The notes under the pieces are model-generated. The model saw only the letters and a list, made by a program, of their open reading frames with translations, was not told the origin of the DNA and ran no database searches. From the NCBI RefSeq assembly GCF_009914755.1, contig NC_060926.1: a stretch of DNA of 64,000 nt, one strand, 5' to 3'. The DNA comes from the human T2T-CHM13v2.0 reference genome, Homo sapiens. Position numbers and translations under genes: made by a program. The stretch's first letter is position 1. Each line of letters begins with the position of its first letter. Below are positions 30,720 to 43,037 of this stretch, one piece after another.

Positions 30720-31630
30720 GATAACATCTCTAGACACTTTTGTGGCATTGCCTGTTTGTGGATGACACCCAGATCCCCATTTCTAATCTCAGCATTTCTC
30801 CCTGCTTACAGATCTGCTTCTCTAACCACTAGATAGACATGTCTATCTGTGTGTTCAGTTGACACCTCAAATTCAAAGGGCCTGAAACTAAACTCATCAT
30901 TCCCCCAATAAGCTAATGTTTCTTCTTTACAGCCTGTTTTTATTCATGACACTCTTGTCTTCTTGGTGCCCAGGTGGTACATCTTAAAGGCATTGACCAT
31001 ACCTCATGCCCCTATTAGCCAGCCAGTTGTTTTGGACTAAAAACCCACTCTCCACAATGTCTCTGAGTCTTGTCATGCCTACTATCATTACCTAGTTCAG
31101 TCTTCCAGTTGCCATGGGTCCTGAGGGGCTCTTAACTTCTAGTTCTTTCCTATTTCAGTTTATCCATGCGGAACTGTCACTGTCCTTTGAAGTAAATTCC
31201 AGTCCTGTAATGTCCTTGCTGAGAAGCTTCAATGCCTCTCTGTTGCCAAGCGAAGTAAATGCACAGCTCTCCATCTGGCATTCAGATTCCGTGTTACAGT
31301 CCTGTTCACTTTTCCACCCTAGGCTGGACTCTACGTGTATCCTGTTGTCCAGCCAAACAGAATTTTGTGATTTCCTGAACACATCTTGTATTTTTTTCAC
31401 TTCCATACCTTGCTCAGGCTGCTCCTTAGACCAGAACATTGAGTTTATTTACCTCCCCCACAGGGTCCGTTAAAGTCCTGCCCATGTTCTTAGATCTTCT
31501 CAATCATCACCTCCTCCATGGAACATTTCCTGACCGCCACTGCCTGCCTCCACAATGGCACCACACTTTTTCCCTGTGTTTATGCCTCCTTTGTCATATT
31601 GCCTCCCTGGACTCTAAACTCTTTAAGGCC
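30720..31630 (+). mobile_element. L2 fragment
   Basis: gatgacacccagatc...cacctcaaattcaa...aaactcatcat L2 motifs; boundaries approximate. Confidence 0.6.
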
Positions 31631-33488
31631 TGGGCCTCTTTTCCATCAGTTGAGGGCTGGTGAGCCACAGCCCCTCTGGCCAGGCTGGCCCTAGCCAGGC
31701 CCCTGCCCAAGCTCAACCACAGTCTCCATTGACAGGTCTGGCTGGAGAGGCAGAAAGCTGTGACACTATGTGCATGTTAAGGCGGTGGGCTTTCACAGTC
31801 ATTTCTTATTGCTGTGCCTTGTGGCTAGCCAGGAGGATACTTTCCTTTATGGTCGCCTGTTCATGTTTCTGAGAGGTGGAGCCCTGTTTCATAAGAGCGG
31901 TTTATCAACTGAATCCTGGAGGTGGAATATGACTTTGATCTTCTGTGACCTATGTGACCTAATATAGTCCTGTTGGCGTCTCCAGCCTCCCCTCCCCTGC
32001 CTTTACCCCACAGCGTGCCTGGCAGCAAACATGGTCTCTTGGAATATTTGGATAGCCTGGGATCTACAAGGGCTGGGATAAAGTGAAACTTGGCTAAAGG
32101 ACCTAGGGAAAGGGTGAGGGGAACTGAAAATTAAAATAATACTACTTAAAATTATGAATGAGTAAGGATATTACATTCGGATAAATTGGATCAAATACGT
32201 TTTTTAAAAGCAATAAGCAAGTTAAATATATTGGTATATGTGATTTTATTTACCACCAAATTTGATATCTTAACAGAATGGAAAATTTTTATTTTAGATG
32301 CTTAAAATATTTTTAAAACAATGAGAAAAATTGTATAACTAACAGGTATAGATTTTAAAGAAAAAAATTCTTGCCTTGAAAAAAAATCCGTATCAGTCTT
32401 CTCAAAAAAGAGACCTTCCAGATCTCTTAGGCTGATTTTGTGTCAGGATTTAAGTAATAGAACGTAATAGTAAACATGGTTTAATTTAGCCTTACTCATG
32501 TTTTCTCGAGTCACTGAGATAATCCTATAATAAATATTGTGCTCCTGGAGAGTTTTTTTCTTTAGTCCTTTGATAAATAGATGGTCCTGAGTATGCTAAG
32601 ACAGCCAGCTCTCAGGAGAAGACATGTATTTGATTTTGGTAGAGAGAGCTGTCTTATCCTCTAGGGACTTGAGATGTTCGTTTTACTAGTCTGGGAGCAG
32701 GGCCAAAAGGGTTCTTCATGACTTAGAATGGAATTCTGAAAAGTAAGTTCAGCAAGTTTTCATTAGTGAGTTTGGCCTTTTGTCTTGCCTGTGCCTCCCA
32801 AAAGATCAAGAGCTCAGCCTTTGCTTTGAAATATTACAAAAAAGAACCAGAACAGAATTTAGTTGGGGGAGAAAATCAATCAGCCCCAAAATATCATATT
32901 TTTGGAAACATTCTGGTGTAGAACTCCCACCTCCCTAGCCACTTAAGTTAGTGATATCTCAGTGTTTTTATCTAGCTTCCTTTTTAGGCAGAAAATACAC
33001 ATTTAGAAAGAAGATGTATATAAATCTGTGATAACTCAAATCTCACTGGTACATGTTTCTTAAACTTGTTTGACCCTTAAGTTCTGTCTTAAATTTATTT
33101 TGAGTCTTGGGGAAGTTCTATGCCTTATTTCTCTTAAATGCTATACTCCTCTCTACAGCATAATAATTAGTCTAAAGCTATAAGATATACTATATCTTAA
33201 TTTAAAAAATCAGGCCTAGCACCTTTCTGCAAAACATCTCAAGGGTTTTGTGCAGATTTTTTTTCTGCCGTGAAGATGAGAAATTCATGATTTCCAGTTT
33301 AACACTATTTCTTAACAGCAAAGCTTTTCACACCGATCATTACTGTTTTATGCAGTTGCTGTTCATTTATATTTATTCACAAGTAGGAAAACATTCCTCA
33401 GTGGAAGGTCTGAGATGCAAAGTGCTAGTTAACAAAAACATTGAGCAAAGAAATCAGAAAGTAGATGGGAAAATGCCCCCAGGATGTC

Positions 33489-33608
33489 CCAGAACTGATG
33501 GAAGATATCAACCCTCAGATTGAGAAAGTCCGGTGAATCTCAAACAGGCCAAATAAAAAGAAATTGACACCTAGACATATCGTAAGGAAACTGTACAACA
33601 CCAGAGAT
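33489..33608 (+). mobile_element. Ancient L1M/HAL1 ORF1 fragment
   Basis: Translates PELMEDINPQIEKVR*ISNRPNKKKLTPRHIVRKL, resembling the L1 ORF1p segment containing TPRHII. Confidence 0.7.
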
Positions 33609-34408
33609 TAACAGTAACCAAAGTTGACACAGTATGTTTAAAGGAATAGCAGATTGACACAGACCTCTTTGAAAATCTAATGAGAGCCATAGACTTCACC
33701 CTAGAAAAATATATATGCATAAAAAGTTTAAATATAGTTTGGAGAGTAACGCACCTTCCCCTAAAGCAATTCCTAAACCTCATTTAAGGATCTATATTCT
33801 ATAGTTCAGTTCTGCATTTTTAATGTCTTCTATATTGTCTCATGCTAGAATAGTCGTTATATCTTCATATGTAATATTTAAAGTGTGAATTATCATCTAA
33901 CACTTCCTGTCTTCCTGTCCCCCAAATCTATACTTCTCCCATGTTCTTTATTTTCATTAATGGCTTTACCCTCCTTCTAATGACCCTAGCCATGAAACCC
34001 AGGCATCCTATTTTTGACCTCTTGCTATTGCTTCCCATATCTAATCAATTGCCAGTTCATTTTGCTTGTGTGTCGTCTCTCATGTTCATCTCCTCACCCT
34101 TGCCCCAGCCTGTTTCAAGCCTCTAAGTATCTTATTCTTTGCTAGATTAATCTCAATAAAACAGAGCTTGATCCCTGTCACTTCCTTGGTACAACAGCCT
34201 TTATGCCTCTTTACAGGACAGACCATGCAGGAAAACTGCATATGACATTGTTCTCTCTGAGAAGCCTCAGTGCCCACCACACTCACAGCCTGCTGTGGAC
34301 CATGTGCCCCAGATACCCAAGCCATAGGTAGTAGGACCAGGGATAGGTACTCCTGGGAATTATTCTTAATTTGGAGGAAGTGTAACTACGTTTAAAAATT
34401 TTTTTTCA

Positions 34409-34862
34409 ACTGGGCGCAATGGCTCACGTCTATAATCCCAGCACTCTAGGAGTCCGAGGCAGGGGGATCACTAGCTGGGAGGCTGAGGCAGGAGAATCGC
34501 TTGAACGGAGAGGTGGAGGTTGCAGTAAGCCAAGAACGCACCATTGCACTCCAGCCTGGGCGACAAGAGTGAAACTCCGTCTCAAAAAAAAAAAAAAAAA
34601 AAAGAAAAGAAAAAGAAAAAAAAGAGGTGGAGACCATCCTGGCCAACATGGTGAAACCCTGCCTCTACTAAAAATGCAAAGATTAGCTGGGTTTGGTGGC
34701 ATGCGCTTCTAGTGCCAGCTGCTTGGGAGGCTGAGGCAGGAGAATTGCTTGAACCTGGGAGATGGAGGTTGCAGTGAGCTTAGATTGCACCACTGCACTC
34801 CAGCCTGGTGACAGAGTGAGACTCCATCTCAAAAAAAATGAGTAAATAAAAAATAAAAAAAA
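34409..34862 (+). mobile_element. AluSc-like host interrupted by a 5'-truncated Alu right arm (approx. 34472-34622)
   Basis: Left arm breaks after ggatcac, is followed by a right monomer with poly(A), then resumes at gagaccatcctggccaacatgg. Confidence 0.88.
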
Positions 34863-35929
34863 TTTATTCAACACCTCTTAGTGTTTTGTTGCAGGAGGAC
34901 TCTAGGTTATCCAGTTAGCCATATTGCTAGATGTCTTTCTGTATTGTGTCTTGATGATTCCAGTTTTCTACAAGGATTGACTGGGATTGCAGATGTGCTC
35001 TGAATGACATACTAGAGATATTCTAGCTGTGTAGCTGTTGAAATGCTTTCCTGTTTGTCTTCACTTCTTGTGGTTTTATATTAAACTTCTATCCTTTGTG
35101 ATGACTTATCTGAGCTACTAGCATCTCTAAACAGGACTGGTAACTGGTCTCCCTGCATCTCCTTTTTCCCCACTTCAGTCTAGTTGCCACATTACAGACA
35201 GAGTAGTCTTCTGAAAACACAAATCTGATCTATCATTCTCTTGCTTAAAAACAGAGTTTATTACTTTTCCTTGTAATAAACAGAGTTTATTACTTTTCCT
35301 CGTAAATGATCACTCATCAGCTTTATCCAACTCAATGCTTTTCCTGCATCTCTCAGGCATATTTCTTTTTTTTCTACCTATATCTCTTCCATCTTCAAGT
35401 TCTAGCATTTATTTCTTTGTACTATCTTGAAGTCTGAACTCTAAGTCTCTAATTCCTCCTATCCTGTTGTTTCAGTGACTTTCCCCTTCAATCCTTTATG
35501 TCAGACACTTGATGGAAGTAGAAACCAATGTATAAAAAAGGTAGCTTAAGGTTATAAAACAGATGGTCATCAACACTGTGAGACCATTATTCCAATATCT
35601 TCCAAGTATGAGGACCTTTTATTAATGTCAAAACCTTTTATATGGGCATAGGAGAAGCGCTTGACTACAAAGAGGCAGGACAAGGCAATTTTTTTAGAAT
35701 GGTGGAATTATTCTCTGTTGTCACGGTGAATATACAACTCTACATATTTGTCAAAACCCATAGAACTGTATATCACAAAGAGTAAATTTTACTATGGGTA
35801 AAAAATAAATTTCAAAAGCATTTCATAGATCCCTAGGGATAGAAGTAATACTTTTAGCATTTCATATTAATAAATGAATTCAAAATGCCTTTTAAATATA
35901 CTTGTATTTTTTAATCACAACAGTATAAG

Positions 35930-36083
35930 TATATATTTGAAAGACAAATACATATATACATGTATATATGCACATATTGTATATGTGCTGTATGTATATG
36001 TGCATACATACACACCTAACACGTGTGTATAAAAGATATATGTAGCTATGTGTGTGTATATATACATATGTATACATATGCAT
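35930..36083. repeat. (TA/TG/CA)n low-complexity region
   Basis: Degenerate alternating purine-pyrimidine tract. Confidence 0.8.
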
Positions 36084-36450
36084 TGTCTTAGCTTGTCCTG
36101 CCATAGCAAAATACCATAGACTGGATGGCTTAAATGGTAGAAGTTTATTTCTCACAATGTGGTTGCTAAAACATTCCAGATCAAGGTGCTAATAAATTTG
36201 GTGTCTGGTGATGACCCTTTTCCTAGCTTGCAAATGGCCACCTTCTTGCTGTATCCTCACACAGTAGAGTGGAAGCCCTCATATCTCTTCTTTTTCTTGT
36301 AAAAGTACTTATTCCATCATGGGGACTCTACCCTCATGACCTTATCTAAACCAAATTACCTTCCAAAGGCCCCACCTCCTAATACTATTGCATTGGGGGT
36401 TAGGGCTTCAACATGTGGATTTTGGGGGCATAAATATTCGGTTCATAACA
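36084..36450 (-). mobile_element. MaLR solo LTR (MLT1A/MST-like)
   Basis: tgtcttag...aaaataccatagactggatggcttaaa...tttatttctcaca...cataaca. Confidence 0.8.
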
Positions 36451-38367
36451 TACACATATATGTATATGTGTGTATATATCACACACATACACACACACAG
36501 AGCATTTATTCAGTCTTCAAATAATGCTTGGTGTGTGATCATTTAGTAAACTTGTTCTAGCAACCCTAAACCCCCATGATGCCATGAGGCCAACAGATTG
36601 GGAACATTTGTTATAAAGGATATATAATGGATGATCATTTTTGCAAGAATTCTGTTGTTCATATTTATTGATATTTGCTTAAATAAGAACACACTTTTAA
36701 CTTTTTTCTTGCTCTCGATAGCTAACATAATTCTGATGTTAGGAAGCAGTTTTTACCCCTATTACTGCAGAATGAGAGATTCATGAAGACCTCTCCTACT
36801 CTGATGCCTCCCCACCCAACACAAACACCTAGGTTTCCTAATTTATTTCATGATGGGGACAGAAGAATTCCAGAAGGAGCAAGGCTCTAGGGTATTAAAA
36901 CCAGCACTTCAGAGCTTTCCTCTTGTGTTAGGACCATGACCTCATTAAGCTCATGTTGTTCACAGCACTGGTCCTTCCAGGGCCCCTAGCTCTCAGATTT
37001 TCCATGATTTTCTCATATCAGTATGTTTCCATCTAGACAATGATCAATGATTGGTTTGTTATATTAATAAAGCATCATTTACTTAGTTTTCAGGGCAGAA
37101 TATCAATGTGGATGGGGGGTATGTCAGGTGGATTTTAAAAATAAAGTTGTTCTACTTCATCTTTGCTGTAGAAGGTATGTTATGTCCACAGCATGGTTTT
37201 AAAAGGTAATTATTTAGTATCTAAAGTAATGGTATGGTTCTTGATTACAAGTTTGGTGTAAGTAGGCAGTGACTAAGGCTCTTAAATGTGTAAAATTCAT
37301 ATATGAAGTGGAGCTCTGTACACTGTTGTTGGAGGAACGGTCTAACATCAATGTTTTCAGATTTTCCTGTGTGAAGTTTTATTAAAGAGCATATAATTTG
37401 ATCCTGGTATGTCTGATTTTGAGTCCTGTAATAGAGGGATTAATGATCATATTGGAGTTTTTCTAGACTTGTTAAAATTCAGACACGCTGTCTTTCATTA
37501 GCAACACTAATGACTTAATGAATGGGGAAGCCTTTAGTTTAAAACAAAACAAATGATGGGTTAACATAATATTGCAAATAGGACCATAACAGGGAATGAA
37601 CCTCCTGTCTGTGAACATTCTCTTTTATAGACAGCTTCAACAAAATAGAGGTCATTTTTGAAAAAGCCTGAAATCTACCTTGGCAAATTTCAGCTGAGCC
37701 AAACCATTAATTTGAAGAAGTTATATGTATCAGTGGAAAATGTACTTTACTGACAACCTTTTTTTCCCTGCATGCAAAGAATTTTCCCTCCCACTTTTTA
37801 ATCCCTCCTCTCCCTACTCCACCCTAATCTTTAAAAAGTATGATGTCAGATTGGGTTTCTTTGTGCCAAGTTTTTATCCTGGAACAGATTTTTATAGCCA
37901 TGTTTCTCTGAGAAAAGGAGTTTATGACCAAATGGTGATAACACTTCCATGTTTTCATTTCCTCCTCTGACCTAGTACTTTTTTCCTAACTTTAACTTTG
38001 TCAGAGTTTAGCACAACCAATTTAATGTGTTTTAAAGCTAAAGGAAATTATTTTGAGAGTTTTTAAGGATTCATTAACTATAATATCATCATATATTATT
38101 CCTTGAAAAAAACAGATTATGGAGCATGATATTTTAAAATTTTAGATTTTTGTGTTCATTCAATATGAAAACCCTTCAGAATATTTGTGTGTAGATAGAT
38201 ATTTTGGTGATTGGTCTTTGTTATTTCCACCCTGGTAGAGTTGTTCACCAGAGATTGTTCATTTACTTTTTTCAAACTCTTTCTTAAAAGTGTAGATTAA
38301 CTTGGCCCTATAATTTAATGTTAAGGGTGAAAATGGTGGAAACAACTGAAATGATCATCAGTAGGGA

Positions 38368-38898
38368 AACAACCTAATTGTCCACTGACAGATTATTGGA
38401 TAAAGAAATATATATATATATATATAAAACAATGGACTAGTATTCAGCCTTCATAAAGGCAACGTGGATGAACCTGGAAGACATTATGCTAAGTGAAATA
38501 AGCCAAGCATAGAAAGAAAAATACTGCCTGATCTCACTTATATGTGGAATCTAAACAAAATGTCAAATACACAGAAACAGAGAGTACAACAGTGGTTACC
38601 AGGGGTGGGGAAGAGGTAGGAAAATAGGGAGAAGTAGGTCAAAGAATACAAACTTGCAGTTTGTGTAGGATGAATAAATCTAGAGATCAGATATACAGCA
38701 TGAGGACTATAATTAATAATGTTATATTGTATACTGAAAATTTGCTAAGAGAGTAGATTTTATGTGCTTTTAACACACACACAAGTAACTATGGAAAGTG
38801 ATGAACATATTATTTGTTTTACTATAGTAATCATTTTACTATGTGTATGTATATCAAAAACATCATGTTGTATACCTTAAATATATACAATTGAAAAA
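38368..38898 (+). mobile_element. L1MA/L1MB 3' end
   Basis: tggatgaacctggaagacattatgctaagtgaaataagcca ... catgttgtataccttaaatatatacaat. Confidence 0.85.
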
Positions 38899-40819
38899 AT
38901 GAAAAAACCTAAACATCAAAACCATATTAACTATTTCTATAGGAAAATATATGTATGTGGATACTGATGCTGGATACTACTAGTGGCTAATACCAATGAA
39001 CACTCATGCCACATGTGTTAAGCGCTCTATACCTGTTAGCTCATTCAGTTCTCACAACAACCCTATGAGGTTCGTTGCCACTGTTGCCCCCATTTTATGG
39101 TGACAAAACAGAGAAAGGATCAGAAACTTACCTGAGTTCTGAAGTTCATTCAGAAATAGAACTTCATCTCTACCCTCAACAGCCTCTTTACCTTCTATCC
39201 TGACCCACCTGCCCCTCCCATCATGATAAAGTCTTTAGTGAAATGCAAAGGCACACACTGGTTAAGACCACTGCTTTGCGGTAACATTTGGGTTTGAGCC
39301 CTGGTTGCCGCTTTGTAGTCGTGTGAACTACTGGACGTTACATAATTTCTGTATAACTCAGTTTCTTTGTCTAGAACCCTCATAGAATCTTTGCCAGGAT
39401 TAGATGAGAGAATGTGTTTAAGTGTTTAGCATAGTGCCAGGCACATTGTAAATACCTGATGTATTATAAGTTGCTGTTCTTGCTGTTACTGTCATCATCA
39501 TCAACATCAACATCTTCTTCTGAATCCTTCTTTCAAAATGTTCAGGGACCCCAATTTTTGAAATTCCCTCTAGATACTGTGCACAGGGACCTTAGGTAAT
39601 ACCAGTCACCTGAATTCATTTAGGATAAACTAGTGAGGAAAATGTAAAAGCAGACATCTGAAGTGAGGGACTAAATATTTCTCTCAGGGGTCAGCTCTAG
39701 ACTTTGCTTGAGTCACAACCCCACTTCAAACTTGAGAATCTCATGATAGCTGTAACCATCCACAACTCCCTCTACCCCCAGATAATCTTGCATATTCTTC
39801 AGAACATGCATGGACTTGCTTGTATATAAGCCCAAATGCTTTAGGGATCCACTGACTCTGAATTAAGGCTCCTTCTCTAAAGTTTTTATTGAGATAGCAG
39901 TGAGATGTCCACCGGCCATGGCAGTGATACGCTGGCCAGGGACAAGAATCACAGACAAGAGCAATCCAGAAGCCACGACACTGAAGACACTGTGCTGAAC
40001 CTGTTACAAACACTATTTTATTCAGTGTGCACAATAGACCTTTGGGTCTGAAGACACATGGAGATATTAAGGCACACAGATGTTAAGTAACTGTCAGAGG
40101 TCAACAATGAGTATGTGGCAATAACAGGATTCAAACCCAGATCTGTTAGCTTCCAAAGTCCTTGGTCTTACATGCTACCCACTAGTTCCTTGGAGGGGGC
40201 TCCGGACCATGGAGGTCACACACCAGTGCTCCGAGTGTGGTCCTCACAGCACCTGCATCAACATGAGGTTGGGATTTGATTAAAAGTGGATTTCTGGGGC
40301 CACCCACATTCTGAATCTAAAGTTCTGGGTGTGGTTTTAGGAACCTGTGCTTTTAACAAGTACCCTTAGTGATTTATATACTTACTAAACACTTGAGAAT
40401 CACTGATCTTTCCAGTGTGGTGTGACTTATAGACAGTGTTGGACAGAAATGAAACAAAGGAGAAAGATGAAGCACAGACAGAAAGAGCTGGGAGGATGCC
40501 CTGCATGTTCTTATATCTGTAAATACGCATCTCTTCTCCTTTGTCTCAGCCCTTGCTGTTTAAATCTAGACCCTTACATTTTTCAGCTATTTGGCTCCAG
40601 CCTCCCCTTGCCTGACTCCTGGCTTTGTATATTACCTCTCTTTCCTGACTTTCACTGCCTTTTACAAGTTGCATTTTCTGCTCATTTTTAGAGATACCTA
40701 CTAAGGGCCAAAGGAAAATACACTGTAGCAGAAACCTAAAATTAATTGTCACCCTGGGTTTAAGGCATTCTGTCATTCTTTCCCTTTCCTTCACTACTTT
40801 TTGCCTCAGCCTATTCTTT

Positions 40820-41530
40820 TATTTATTTGTTAGTAGTTTTATTGAGCTATAATTCCTGTACAGCTCACCCATTTAAAGTGTACAGTTCAGTGGTTTTCAG
40901 TATATTCGCAGAGTTGTGCAGCCATCACCACAATCAATTTTAGAACACTTTCCTCACCCCAGAAAAGATATCCCACACCCTTTGCAGTTACTCCCAGTTT
41001 TCCCCAACCCTCCAGCCTTTGACAATTATTAATTTACTTTCTGTCTCTATGGATTTGCCTGTTCTGGACATTTTATGTAAGTGGAATCATACAATATGTG
41101 GTCTTTTGTGACTGACTTCTTTTTTTTAGCATAATGTTTTCAAGGTTCATCCATGTTTTAGCATGTATCAATACTTCATTCATTTTCATTGTGGAATAAT
41201 ACTCCAGTATATCAATATACCACATTTGATTTATCCATTCATTAGGTAGTAGACATTTGGATTGTTACCACTTTTTGCCTATTGTGAATAATGTTGCTGT
41301 GAATATTCATGTTAATAAGTTTTTGTGTAAACACATATTTTCAAATCCCTTAGGAGAAATGCCAATTCAGACCTTTTGCCCATTTTTAAGTTGCTTTATT
41401 TTTCTTGTTATTGAGTTGTAAGAGTTCTTTATATATTCTGGACACTAGACTTTTATTAGATACATAATTTGCAAATATTTTCTCCCATTCTGTGTGTTGT
41501 CTTTTCATTTTCTTGATGATATTCTTTGAA
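40820..41530 (-). mobile_element. L1MB-like 3' end
   Basis: tcacccatttaaagtgtacagttcagtggtttt...gtggaatcatacaatatgtggtcttttgtgactg. Confidence 0.85.
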
Positions 41531-42712
41531 GTCAGCAGACTATTCTTAAGCTCACTTGTTGAAGTTCCTCTTGGCTAGAATTCTTGTCTACTTCCTACCC
41601 TCATCATATTTTAAAGTTTTTCCATGTGCATATTAGCATTTCCTACATTAGATCATTTATGTCCCCGATAGCAGATCCAAATTGCCATTTCATAGTCTCA
41701 TTGCATTTAAAAATACAAATTATCAGCCTAAAATAATTGGCACAGGATTCATATCCAAAATAAAGAACTCTTTAAAATTAAGAAAATGGCAAAAAATCTG
41801 ATAGACAGTGAGCAAAAAACCATGAACATGAATTACAGACAAGGAAACATGAGTGGTGAATAAAATATGAAAGGATGTACCATCAGTGGGGCCACTGTAG
41901 AATGTTGAGTGGCTGCAACTATTGAGTGACTCTGGATGTTGCCCAGTCTCTTGGATCTTGAGGCTGAACTGGGCTTTTGGTCAGAACTGGAGGCCTAGGG
42001 GATTTTCAGCCCCCTAGCAAATCCATTCTGATCCTGACTTGGATTTTAATCTCTAGAACTCTCATGTATAAAATTTTCAGCCATTTCTAGGAATTTTAAG
42101 AAAAGCTAATATGGGACTTTTCAGTTCAGTTCAGATTTAAAAGTGTTCAGGACCCCTGAAGGGAGTACTGAAACTAAGGAAGTTTTCTGAATAACCTAAA
42201 CCTGAAATTGGACTAGGAGCAGAAGAGAGTAGGGTCTGGAGGATCTGCCCATCGCAGACCTAAAATTCCGTAGTCTTTTTGGAGATCTGAAATGAGTGAT
42301 TTTTGCACTTAATGACTTCCCTCTACATAATCACTAACTACTGGCATGTAAGACAGAAAATCTAAGTTAGTTGCAGAGTGAAAAGCAGGCCTACGTAGTC
42401 CCTGACCTTGGGCCACAGGATTCTGAACTCGAAGGTTACAGTAGGTGCCATGACAGGTTTACTCTCCCAAGCCCAAGAATGGAGCCTCTGTTCACACTGT
42501 GCTGTCCTGTCTTAGAAAGTCAAGTTGCTTCCTTCTTCATTTTGACAAATCATTCTTAATGTTCTTTTACATCATTTGCTTAAGTTCACATCTTTGTGAT
42601 AGAACTCTCATTAAACAGATTAAGAACTTTTAAAAACATTATTTAGATTTTTTTTCCTCCCCTTAATTTTTTGTTTTAAAGAAGAAAGGACAAGTAGCAA
42701 GAAATACATTAA

Positions 42713-43037
<325 letters not shown>

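Noticed and set aside
39125-39135. Perfect minus-strand donor CAG|GTAAGT suggesting an antisense transcript
   Set aside because: An isolated site in a MIR; no matching promoter or acceptor could be supported.
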